A stretch of 64,000 nucleotides of DNA. It comes from Turneriella sp. Lineage in GTDB: Bacteria; Spirochaetota; Leptospiria; Turneriellales; Turneriellaceae. The DNA lies in the NCBI GenBank assembly GCA_965279515.1, contig CBDIID010000003.1, positions 1,120,001 through 1,184,000 of the forward strand, given 5' to 3'. This document shows, one piece after another, positions 47,045 through 55,933 of this stretch. The notes below the pieces were generated by a model. That model was not told the origin of the DNA. It saw nothing but the letters and a program-made list of their open reading frames with translations, and made no database searches. Numbering within the stretch: the first letter of the stretch is position 1; the number at the start of each line of letters is the position of its first letter. The translations under genes and the position numbers were made by a program.

Positions 47045-48157
47045 ATGGAAGATACACCGAACAAACCGGCAAACGAAGTCAGAAAGATCATTGATCATGT
47101 TCAATTGCATCAGATCACGGAGAGACTTTTCTGCCGCCTGCCGATCCATCTCATCCATAATAACCAGCGGCATACCGTGCAGGCGGTACACTACCAGCAC
47201 CCGCAATTTGAAGTTGTGCATAACGCGCCGCGCGCCGACGACCGCACGCTGTTACTCGAAAAAGACGATCATTCGATGATGCTCGAGTGCAGCGTCGTCG
47301 GCCGTACGGAAAAAGGCAGCGAGATTCTAAAACCGCTACGGCTCTATCTCACGAAACGCGGTGTGCGCCATGAAAACAGGATGTCTCTTGGAGACGCCGG
47401 CTCGTTCGCAGGAGTCGTCATCCACTGCCTGCCGCACGGGGAGTTTTATAAAACGAATGCGGCGAGCAACGCGGCGCGCGATCAGGTGATACAACAATAC
47501 ATAACGGCGCTCAAGGGCCTGATACCAGACGCGAAAATAAAGATAGAATTGCAGCGCCACAGCCGCCTCAGCGTACGCGTCAAAAAAATGCAGGATTTCA
47601 ACCTACCCGTCTTTGCACCCATGATGGAAAGGGAACGGCAGGGCGATGACCTGAATCTCAGGGCGATACCATACTCTGAATATACCCAGATTATGCGCGC
47701 CGACGCGCTGCCGGGCGACTACATCGGCGAGATCTGCGAACCGATCAAATACCGTGACGCTCTGATGATCGGCTATGTGCAGGTGCTGACACTCAGCCCC
47801 ACGAACCTCAGCCAATACCATTCTGTGCGGCAGCTGACCCGGCGGCTCGAAGCCGACCTCGAAGCGCGTGGGGCTTTTCCCAAGAACCCGATTACGGGAA
47901 AGATCGTCGACCTCAGCTTCGGCGGTATCGGCTTCAATTACACGACGCAGCGCAACGTCATGTCGGGGGTAACTTCGGGCGATAAGATCGTCTTTGACGC
48001 CCGCTTTAATCCTGAAAATTTCGCAACCCTAAGCGGCAAGATCATGAACGTGAGTGCCCAGGAAAATGCCATGCGCTTCGGTGTGGAAATCGAGAACGTG
48101 TCGGAAAAGGCCCGCACCGCCATCGACAATATGCTGAACAATGAAGCGCAACAGTAA
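47045..48157 (+). CDS. PilZ-domain protein (DUF1577-like)
   Basis: RHENR, PIKYRDALMIGYVQV, IVDLSFGGIGF. Confidence 0.72.
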   Translation: MEDTPNKPANEVRKIIDHVQLHQITERLFCRLPIHLIHNNQRHTVQAVHYQHPQFEVVHNAPRADDRTLLLEKDDHSMMLECSVVGRTEKGSEILKPLRLYLTKRGVRHENRMSLGDAGSFAGVVIHCLPHGEFYKTNAASNAARDQVIQQYITALKGLIPDAKIKIELQRHSRLSVRVKKMQDFNLPVFAPMMERERQGDDLNLRAIPYSEYTQIMRADALPGDYIGEICEPIKYRDALMIGYVQVLTLSPTNLSQYHSVRQLTRRLEADLEARGAFPKNPITGKIVDLSFGGIGFNYTTQRNVMSGVTSGDKIVFDARFNPENFATLSGKIMNVSAQENAMRFGVEIENVSEKARTAIDNMLNNEAQQ

Positions 48158-48182
48158 GCTGCTTCAGCACGTCCCCACAACG

Positions 48183-48207
48183 GAGACCCGGCTTTACGCC
48201 GGGTCTC
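48183..48207. repeat. Perfect 10-bp hairpin upstream of leuS
   Basis: GAGACCCGGC-TTTAC-GCCGGGTCTC. Confidence 0.55.
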
Positions 48208-48225
48208 AAAACAGAAATCTGCTGC

Positions 48226-50739
48226 ATGTCGTATCCGTTCGCAGAGATCGAAAAAAAGTGGCAGGCGTTCTGGGAAAAGAACCAGACCTTTAAGACGGAA
48301 GATGATTTCTCGAAGCCCAAATACTTTGTTCTCGATATGTTTCCCTACCCCTCGGGTGCAGGTCTCCATGTCGGCCACCCTGAAGGTTATACCGCTACAG
48401 ATATTATCGCACGCAAAAAGCGCATGCAGGGGTTTAATGTCCTGCATCCCATGGGCTGGGATGCATTCGGCCTGCCGGCGGAGCGTTATGCGATGCAGAC
48501 GGGCATCCATCCTTCGATCACGACAAAGCAGAATATCGATAACTTCCGCCGCCAGCTGAAATCGCTGGGTTTTTCGTATGACTGGTCGCGCGAAGTCGAT
48601 ACGACCGATCCCGGTTATTATAAATTCACGCAGTGGATCTTCCTCAAATTTTTCAACTCGTGGTACGACAGCGATGCGCAAAAGGCGCGCCCCATTGCCG
48701 AGCTCAAGATACCCGCAGAGCTGAAGGGCAAAGAACGCGAAACGTTCATAGCCAACCACCGCCTGGCATACATTGCGAATATGCCCGTCAACTGGTGCGA
48801 AGAACTCGGCACCGTACTCGCCAACGAAGAAGTCGACGAATGGGTTGAGAAGGGTTACAAAGTCGAGCGCCGGCCGATGCGCCAATGGATGCTCCGCATC
48901 ACCGCCTATGCCGGGCGGTTGCTCGATGATCTCGCCGGGCTCGAATGGCCGCAGGGCACAATTGAGCTGCAGAAAAACTGGATCGGGCGATCGACCGGTG
49001 CCTTGGTCGATTTCGGCGTTGAAGGTTCCGCGGAAAAACTGCAGGTCTTCACGACGCGGCCCGACACGCTCTACGGTGTGACATTCATGGTGATCGCACC
49101 GGAGCACCCGCTGATCGACAAGATTGTTCCCGCTGCTCAAAAACAAGCGGTCGAGGAATACCGTAAGGCGACGGCGCTGAAGACCGATCTCGACCGCCAG
49201 ATGGATGCGGCGAAAAAAGAAAAGACGGGAATCCCCTTAGGCATAAACGCAATCCATCCGCTCACAAAAGAGAAAATTCCACTCTATACCGCTGATTATG
49301 TACTCATGGGTTATGGCACCGGTGCGATCATGGCCGTGCCGGCGCACGACGAACGCGATTTTGCCTTCGCCGAACAGCACAAGATCGCAATTAAACAAGT
49401 CGTATCAACAGGGCAGGAAACCGAGCTGCCATTTTCAGACGACGGTGTCGCTGTGAATTCACCGATTTTCGACGGCCTGAAAACCCCGGAGGCCAAAGAA
49501 AAAATTATCGCCCACCTCGAAAAAGGAAATCTCGGTCAACGCCGCATCCAGTACAAGCTGCGCGACTGGTTGTTTTCGCGCCAGCGCTACTGGGGCGAGC
49601 CGGTACCAGTGAGTTTCGACGCGGACGGCAATATGATCGGCGAAGAAGACGGCGAACTGCCGCTCGCCTTACCCGAAAGCCAGAACTTCCAGCCCGCAGG
49701 TACGGGTGAGTCGCCGCTGGCGCTGGTTACCGAATGGGTCAACACCACCAAAAACGGCAAGCCGGTGAAGCGCGAAACCAACACTATGCCGCAATGGGCG
49801 GGCAGCTCGTGGTATTACCTGCGCTTCGCCGACCCGCATAATAAGGATGTTTTCGTCTCAGCCGAAAAAGAAAAATACTGGCTGAAAGGCGGCGTCGATC
49901 TCTATGTCGGCGGCGGCGAACATGCGGTGCTGCACCTGCTCTATGCGCGTTTCTGGCATAAGCTGCTCTACGACCTGGGTTACGTAAGTTCGCTCGAACC
50001 CTTCAAAAAGCTCGTGCACCAGGGCATCATTCTGGGCGAAGATGGCTCTAAAATGTCAAAGTCACGCGGCAATGTCATCAACCCCGACTCGGTCGTGGCC
50101 GAACACGGCGCAGATACATTTCGCCTGTACGAAATGTTCATGGGTCCGCTCGAGCAGATGAAGCCATGGTCGTCCAAGAGCATCGAAGGCATCTACCGCT
50201 TTCTCGCGCGTGTCTACCGGCTCTATCTGAATGAAGGTAAACTCAGCGAAAAACTGCTGGCAAAACCATCGGACGAAAAACCCGTTCTCAAAGTTTTGCA
50301 CCAAACCATCAAAAAGGTGAGCGAAGACATCGAAACGCTCTCACTCAACACCGCCATCTCGCAGATGATGATCTTTATCAACGAAGCCTACCGCATCGAA
50401 TCGATCGGCCGCGACGCCGCTGAAAGTTTCATTAAACTTTTGCATCCGTTCGCGCCCCACCTCACCGAAGAGATCTGGCAGGCGCTCGGCAATAATGAAA
50501 GCATCTGTAAGGCCGCCTGGCCGAAACACGATCCTGCACACCTCGTCGAAAGTGAGTTTGAGGCCGTGATGCAGATTAACGGCAAGATCCGCGCGCGGAT
50601 GAACCTCGCGATGAACATCGCCGACGCCGATTTTGAAAAAGCGGCGCGTGAGGTTGACGCCGTAAAAGCCGGGCTCGACGGCAAAACAGTGCGTAAGGTG
50701 ATTGTCGTGAAGAATAAGATGATTAACTTTGTCGTTTAA
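48226..50739 (+). CDS. leuS: Leucine--tRNA ligase
   Basis: MFPYPSGAGLHVGH, editing FTTRPDTL / GTGAIMAVPAHD, KMSKS. Confidence 0.98.
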   Translation: MSYPFAEIEKKWQAFWEKNQTFKTEDDFSKPKYFVLDMFPYPSGAGLHVGHPEGYTATDIIARKKRMQGFNVLHPMGWDAFGLPAERYAMQTGIHPSITTKQNIDNFRRQLKSLGFSYDWSREVDTTDPGYYKFTQWIFLKFFNSWYDSDAQKARPIAELKIPAELKGKERETFIANHRLAYIANMPVNWCEELGTVLANEEVDEWVEKGYKVERRPMRQWMLRITAYAGRLLDDLAGLEWPQGTIELQKNWIGRSTGALVDFGVEGSAEKLQVFTTRPDTLYGVTFMVIAPEHPLIDKIVPAAQKQAVEEYRKATALKTDLDRQMDAAKKEKTGIPLGINAIHPLTKEKIPLYTADYVLMGYGTGAIMAVPAHDERDFAFAEQHKIAIKQVVSTGQETELPFSDDGVAVNSPIFDGLKTPEAKEKIIAHLEKGNLGQRRIQYKLRDWLFSRQRYWGEPVPVSFDADGNMIGEEDGELPLALPESQNFQPAGTGESPLALVTEWVNTTKNGKPVKRETNTMPQWAGSSWYYLRFADPHNKDVFVSAEKEKYWLKGGVDLYVGGGEHAVLHLLYARFWHKLLYDLGYVSSLEPFKKLVHQGIILGEDGSKMSKSRGNVINPDSVVAEHGADTFRLYEMFMGPLEQMKPWSSKSIEGIYRFLARVYRLYLNEGKLSEKLLAKPSDEKPVLKVLHQTIKKVSEDIETLSLNTAISQMMIFINEAYRIESIGRDAAESFIKLLHPFAPHLTEEIWQALGNNESICKAAWPKHDPAHLVESEFEAVMQINGKIRARMNLAMNIADADFEKAAREVDAVKAGLDGKTVRKVIVVKNKMINFVV

Positions 50740-50741
50740 GG

Positions 50742-51266
50742 ATGCTGAACAACGAGAAATCGATACTGCGGGCTGAATTTAAGGAATACGCAGAAGATTT
50801 CTTCGCGGCGAAGAGTGCTGCCGAACTCGAAAAAATACATGCAGCGATTTCGGCAAAACTCAGCGAATATTGCCGAAAGATTTTTAAGCCGGGGGCAATC
50901 CCACCGCAGCGCATCGCCATTTACGAACCCATGAAATACGAACTGCCCGTGCGCGGCATTGTTGAAGCGACCGACTTTCTGAAAGGTGCAGATTTTCTCT
51001 ACCCCGAATACAATGCCGCCGACATGTGGTTTGTGGATGCAAAGACGCGCGAAAAAGCCCAGCCGGATTTTATCATTATTCCCGGCCTCTTCGTTGATAA
51101 AGAGGGCCATCGCCTGGGCCGCGGCAGGGGCTATTACGACCGTTATCTCAAAGAATCGCCGCTCCCGAAGGAGCGGCGGGTTTTTCTCGGCTACCCGTTC
51201 CAGTTTCTGGAATTTGTACCGACCAACGCACAAGACACGAGCGTTGAGCTCATACACATTGTTTAG
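50742..51266 (+). CDS. 5-formyltetrahydrofolate cyclo-ligase
   Basis: KSILR, IIPGL, RLGRGRGYYDRYL. Confidence 0.85.
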   Translation: MLNNEKSILRAEFKEYAEDFFAAKSAAELEKIHAAISAKLSEYCRKIFKPGAIPPQRIAIYEPMKYELPVRGIVEATDFLKGADFLYPEYNAADMWFVDAKTREKAQPDFIIIPGLFVDKEGHRLGRGRGYYDRYLKESPLPKERRVFLGYPFQFLEFVPTNAQDTSVELIHIV

Positions 51267-51667
51267 TTGGGGCGAAACGTCTGGTCGCTGATCGCCAGCG
51301 CCTGCGCCGAAATGAGAAATTTCTGCGCGCGTTTGCCGTCTTTGGCCAGCCAACGCTGCTGGAACAATTCACCGGTGACGATGATTTCAATGCCTTTTTT
51401 CAGCATCGGCTGAAACAGATCGCCCATCTTGCCCCAGACTTCGACGTCGATGAAGTTGATGTGCGAACCTTCTTTGTCGGTCTTGCGGCGCGTTTCAAAC
51501 ATCAGCGTGAACTGAATCACCGTCTGATCTTTCACCGACTTCTTTTCGACCTCTGAGGCGATGCGGCCCGAAGCCTGCACCCAGTTCCACTGCGTCTTTT
51601 GCGGCTTTTTTTCCGTTTCCGGCTCAAACGCAACCTCTTCCTGTAACTCTTCTTCCATTGTGTTCAT
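51263..51667 (-). CDS. ssb: Single-stranded DNA-binding protein paralogue (OB fold only)
   Basis: NWVQASGRI, NFIDVEVWGK, LKKG..IIVTGEL.QQRW..KDG. Confidence 0.78.
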   Translation of the reverse strand: MNTMEEELQEEVAFEPETEKKPQKTQWNWVQASGRIASEVEKKSVKDQTVIQFTLMFETRRKTDKEGSHINFIDVEVWGKMGDLFQPMLKKGIEIIVTGELFQQRWLAKDGKRAQKFLISAQALAISDQTFRPN

Positions 51668-51798
51668 GTTATTTTCCTTTATAGTTAAATCGAGTGGGAT
51701 CTCCCCCTCTATGTTTTAAATACCCGAAAACGCCGGTTTTTTCTCACACTTTGGAGAAAAATTCTTTACGCTTGGGGTTATCGGGATATGCCACCGCC

Positions 51799-53493
51799 AT
51801 GGCTATCCGTAAGAAAATTAAAACAGCTTCGAAACAAACCATCGTCATCATCGGCGCCGCACTCGCGGGCCCCACCGCCGCGGCGCGCGCGAGGGAAATC
51901 AATGAAAACGCCGAGATTATCCTGCTCGAACGCAATACGCGCGTCAGTTATGCCATGTCGGGGCTCGCTCTGCATCTCTCGGGCGAGGTGTCCTCGCTCG
52001 ATGACCTCAACACTGAACGTGAAGACTTTTTTCAGAAGGTGTATAACATCGACGTGCGCACCGAGACCGAAGTGGAAGAAATCGATGCTAAGAAAAAATG
52101 CGTCCATATGAAAAAGCACGGCAAAACCGCCGTCATTAACTACGACAAACTGATCTTCGCCGCAGGCGCCGCCTCGCTGCAGCCGGTTGGCGCAAAAGAG
52201 GCCGAAAATTTCCGCTTTTTCCGTACCCTCGACGATCTCGCCGCGATCAAGGCATCGCTCGCAGCCGCGCCCGCCCCAGCGGGCGCTGAGCAACGTCCTG
52301 GTGCATCAGCAAAAAAACGTTTCGTGGTCCTGGGCGGCGGCTCGATGGGCGCCGAAGCCCTCGACGGCCTTGTGCGCGGCGGTGCCGAAGTGACCCTGAT
52401 CGAGAAAAAATTCCAGTTTCTGCCAGACTATTCGCCTGAAATCGCCGCCATCGCCGCAGCTGAAACAGGTAAAAAGGCCAAAATCATTGCCGGCGTAAAA
52501 CAGTTGGATTTCCCCATGCAGGGCAAGTTGATCACCGCGGTCATCGCCGACGGCAAACGTATCGAAACAGATTTCGTGGTGTCGGCGATTGGCGTGCGTC
52601 CGCGCACCGAACTTCTCAAAAAAGCGGGAGTTAAGCTGAAGGCCGACGGCTCTATTCTGATTGATAGGGAATGCCGTACCAATGTAAAAGATATCTTTGC
52701 CTGCAGTATCTGTGTGAGCATACCCGACGGTAAGGATTCGTACTGGATTCCGCAGGCCGCGGTGTCGGACAAAACGGCGCAGGTCGCCGGTGAAAACGCC
52801 GCCGGGGGCAAGGCCCGACTCGAATTCACAACGGCCTCGCAGCTGATCCGGCTGCCGGGTACCGAGATCGGCCGCACGGGCCTCACCTGGGAGCAGGCAA
52901 TACGCAAATACGGGAAGGCTAAAATCGACCGCGTCTTCATCCACGCGCGTGACAAAGAACCCTATATGCCCGATTCTGCGCCCCTGGCCTTGCAGGTTAT
53001 CTATCTAAAGAAGAAACAGCAGCTCATCGCCCTTGAGGCAGTGGGGCAAAACATCAAGTCGCGTCTCGATGCCTTCAGCGCGGCGCTGGCGGGCTCGCTC
53101 ACACTCAAAGACCTGGCGATGCTCGACTTTGCTTACACCCCGGCATTCGGCACGGCCCGCGATGGCCTCAATGCCGTGGCGACGGTCGCCCTGCAAAAAG
53201 AATCGGGGATAACCAACATCGTCACCTATGCCGAGATCAAAGCGCAGCGGAAAAAATTCTTCGTGCTCGATGTTTCTGCAAAGCCGACGCACGCAGGTTT
53301 TCACGATCTGCACATCGCACTCGAAAACCTGCGCGCAAACCTGGACAACCTCGGAAGCAAGTTAAAGGCCGCGAAAGCCAAGCAGATTGCCTGCCTCAGC
53401 GAAACCGGGCGGCGTGGCCATCTGGCGCTGCGCATCCTGAAAAACGCAGGCTTTAAGGCCGTAAATATTTCCGGTGGTAAAAAGCAGGCATAG
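51799..53493 (+). CDS. CoA-disulfide reductase/NADH oxidase-like flavoprotein with C-terminal rhodanese; catalytic Cys residues replaced
   Basis: IIGAALAGPTAAARAR, YDKLIFAAGA, LGGGSMG, IGVRP, LDFAYTPAF, NISGG. Confidence 0.85.
   Translation: MAIRKKIKTASKQTIVIIGAALAGPTAAARAREINENAEIILLERNTRVSYAMSGLALHLSGEVSSLDDLNTEREDFFQKVYNIDVRTETEVEEIDAKKKCVHMKKHGKTAVINYDKLIFAAGAASLQPVGAKEAENFRFFRTLDDLAAIKASLAAAPAPAGAEQRPGASAKKRFVVLGGGSMGAEALDGLVRGGAEVTLIEKKFQFLPDYSPEIAAIAAAETGKKAKIIAGVKQLDFPMQGKLITAVIADGKRIETDFVVSAIGVRPRTELLKKAGVKLKADGSILIDRECRTNVKDIFACSICVSIPDGKDSYWIPQAAVSDKTAQVAGENAAGGKARLEFTTASQLIRLPGTEIGRTGLTWEQAIRKYGKAKIDRVFIHARDKEPYMPDSAPLALQVIYLKKKQQLIALEAVGQNIKSRLDAFSAALAGSLTLKDLAMLDFAYTPAFGTARDGLNAVATVALQKESGITNIVTYAEIKAQRKKFFVLDVSAKPTHAGFHDLHIALENLRANLDNLGSKLKAAKAKQIACLSETGRRGHLALRILKNAGFKAVNISGGKKQA
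52267..52310 (+). repeat. In-frame double-hairpin insertion in the flavoprotein gene
   Basis: GCGCCCGC-CCCA-GCGGGCGC plus GCTGA..TCAGC; encodes APAPAGAEQRPGASA. Confidence 0.55.
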
Positions 53494-54998
53494 TGATGCT
53501 CCTCGGCATCGACAAATGCGCTCCGCCGGTTGAGGCAGACCGCGCACGTTTTTCCCCTGCCGCAGTCTTCGCCGCGGGTGAGCGGAATCACCACATCTCG
53601 AATACCGCCTACCCGATCGCCCACCGTGAGACCTTCTGGCCCTACCGCATAGCACGCGGTCAGCACGAAGAAACCGTGCTTTCGGCATTTCAGGGGCTCG
53701 ATGAAATCTGCCTCTATTCACATATCCCGTTCTGTGAAACCCGCTGCTACTTCTGCGAATATACCGTTGTCGGCAAAAAAGAACTCGATCAGACGCAGGC
53801 CTACATGGCCGCTTTAAACAGTGAATTGGGCATGTATGCCGAAAGGTTGGGTCCGCGCACGCTGACAGGTTTTGACATCGGTGGTGGAACTCCCTCATTT
53901 GTCGATGCCGCGCTCATCGCAGAGCATATCGCAGCCGTGAAGAAAAATTTCCGCATTGCGGAAGATTTCGCCATCAGCATAGAGACCACGCCGCGCATCG
54001 CCGCGCTCGAAGCTGATAAAATCGCCGCATACAAGGCCGCGGGCATTGACCGCATCAGCATGGGTGTGCAGGTGACACAGCCCGATCTGCTCAAACTGCT
54101 CGGCCGCGAAACAAACGGCATGGAGCACCATTTCCGGGCGGCCGAACATATCCGCGCGGCGGGATTTCAAAAGTTCAACCTCGATCTCATGTACGGCTTC
54201 GCCGACCAGTCGACAGCATCGTGGCAGCATACATTAAAGCATGCAATCCAACTGAACCCGGAGTACATCACGCTTTACCGCATGCGTTATAAGCTGACAC
54301 GCATTTCGCACCAGGCCGACCGTGTGCATATGGACCAGGTGCGCGAGCAGGCCCGCCTCGCCAAAGAGATGCTCGCCGACGCGGGCTATAAAGCCAACCC
54401 CGGCAAGAACACCTACAGCCGCGTCGCCGGCGATACCGGAACCAGCGGCTACCTGACACGCCGCGTCATCGAAGGCACTCCCTATCTGGGCCTAGGCCTC
54501 GGCGCACAGACCTTTACGCACTCGACGATCAGTTATAACAGCGGCGCGGTGGGTAAAAATCTCTCGCCCTACCTGCGCGATGTTGAAAAAGGCAAATTGC
54601 CATTGCAAGACCTCTACCACCTGCCCGCCGAACAGATGATGGCAAAGATGATCGCGGTCAGTTTTTATTTCGGCGAAATCAATCTCGCCGCATTCGAAAA
54701 GAAATTCGGCGTCGCGCTCGAAGCGGCATATCCTGAAACCACCGATTTTGTCCTGCGCGAAGGTCTGATGGAGTACCGCGAATCTGAAAATGGCCAGGAA
54801 CTGACAGGGCTCGACCGCCGTTCGCTTTCTTTAACGCCCGAAGGCGCGAAACATTTCAACGGCACGATCGCGCTGTTCTTCGCGCCGTCGGTGCAAAAAT
54901 ATCTGATCGGCCGCGATCCTTCGACTGCAGACGATATGCACGAGAACCGCGAAGCCGCACTGCGCGTTGCGCTTGCTGACGTGGAGAGGAGGTTGTGA
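53493..54998 (+). CDS. HemN/coproporphyrinogen III oxidase-like radical SAM protein
   Basis: LYSHIPFCETRCYFCEY, GGGTPS, RISMGVQ, NLDLMYG, YLGLGLGA. Confidence 0.88.
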   Translation: MMLLGIDKCAPPVEADRARFSPAAVFAAGERNHHISNTAYPIAHRETFWPYRIARGQHEETVLSAFQGLDEICLYSHIPFCETRCYFCEYTVVGKKELDQTQAYMAALNSELGMYAERLGPRTLTGFDIGGGTPSFVDAALIAEHIAAVKKNFRIAEDFAISIETTPRIAALEADKIAAYKAAGIDRISMGVQVTQPDLLKLLGRETNGMEHHFRAAEHIRAAGFQKFNLDLMYGFADQSTASWQHTLKHAIQLNPEYITLYRMRYKLTRISHQADRVHMDQVREQARLAKEMLADAGYKANPGKNTYSRVAGDTGTSGYLTRRVIEGTPYLGLGLGAQTFTHSTISYNSGAVGKNLSPYLRDVEKGKLPLQDLYHLPAEQMMAKMIAVSFYFGEINLAAFEKKFGVALEAAYPETTDFVLREGLMEYRESENGQELTGLDRRSLSLTPEGAKHFNGTIALFFAPSVQKYLIGRDPSTADDMHENREAALRVALADVERRL

Positions 54999-55789
54999 AG
55001 GCTTCTTTCTCCCCCCTCTCCATGTTAATGGGGAGGGGGTCAGGGGGTGGGGTTGATTTTGCGAATATTTTGTTTGCGGGGCCATGCAACCGGTTTTGCC
55101 CATTCTGCATCGGCAACGCATTACCCGAACAGGTAAATGGGAATAACCTGAATGTTTTTCCACCGGTAAACTGGGCCGGCTTCGTCGACGAGGTTCTCCG
55201 CATGGGCATCCATGAGATTGTTTTTACCGGCACCACGACAGATCCGCATCTTTACCGATACGAAGCCGAACTGATCGCACGCGCCCGTGACGACATTCCC
55301 GGGGCGCGGCTTTCGATCCATACCAACGGCGCCTTGTCGCTGAAGAAAATGCGAACCTTCAATCTCTACGACCGCGCCTGCATCTCGTTCCCTTCTTTTA
55401 TTTCCTCAACCTACGCGCAGATGATGGGCAGCCCCCATGTGCCCGACCTGAAAATGATTTTGGCCGAAGCTGAGATCCCCGTGAAAATCAGCTGCGTCGT
55501 GAATGAGCATAATGCAGCAGAGGTGGATGGCTTTCTGGAGAGGCTCGCCGAACTCGGTGTGAAACGCGCGGTCTTGCGCCGTCTGTTCGGCGACGGCCGC
55601 GTGTGGAATATTCTGCCTGGCCGCGAAGTCGTGCGGCATTACCGGGAAAATCCAGTATTCGACGTGAACGGTATGGAGGTGACGTGGTGGAATTTTGACA
55701 CCACAACCAGCCGCAGCATCAATCTCTTTGCGGACGGGACGATTGGTTCCAGCTACCTTTTAACCGAAACCCGCGGGTTAAGAGCATAG
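54995..55789 (+). CDS. Small radical SAM protein of unknown function
   Basis: GPCNRFCPFC, IVFTG, IHTNG; GTGA overlap with the upstream gene. Confidence 0.82.
   Translation: MKASFSPLSMLMGRGSGGGVDFANILFAGPCNRFCPFCIGNALPEQVNGNNLNVFPPVNWAGFVDEVLRMGIHEIVFTGTTTDPHLYRYEAELIARARDDIPGARLSIHTNGALSLKKMRTFNLYDRACISFPSFISSTYAQMMGSPHVPDLKMILAEAEIPVKISCVVNEHNAAEVDGFLERLAELGVKRAVLRRLFGDGRVWNILPGREVVRHYRENPVFDVNGMEVTWWNFDTTTSRSINLFADGTIGSSYLLTETRGLRA
55008..55054 (+). repeat. GC-rich palindromic element in frame at the radical SAM 5' end
   Basis: CCCCCTCTCCAT-GTTA-ATGGGGAGGGGG-TCAGGGGGTGGGG; encodes SPLSMLMGRGSGGG. Confidence 0.7.
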
Positions 55790-55933
55790 GCAAATACTCC
55801 TATTCGCAGATTGTCCGTCGCGCCATCGATTTCACTTTTTTTTCCCTGAATTTGTCGACAATCTGGCCTTCGTGCGTCTAATGGTTGGTTGGGTCCATGG
55901 ACAGATTTTCCTGAACCTGCGCCGGCTTACAAT

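Noticed and set aside
48158..48225. T-box leader upstream of leuS
   Set aside because: The intergenic region is only ~68 nt with one hairpin and no T-box consensus
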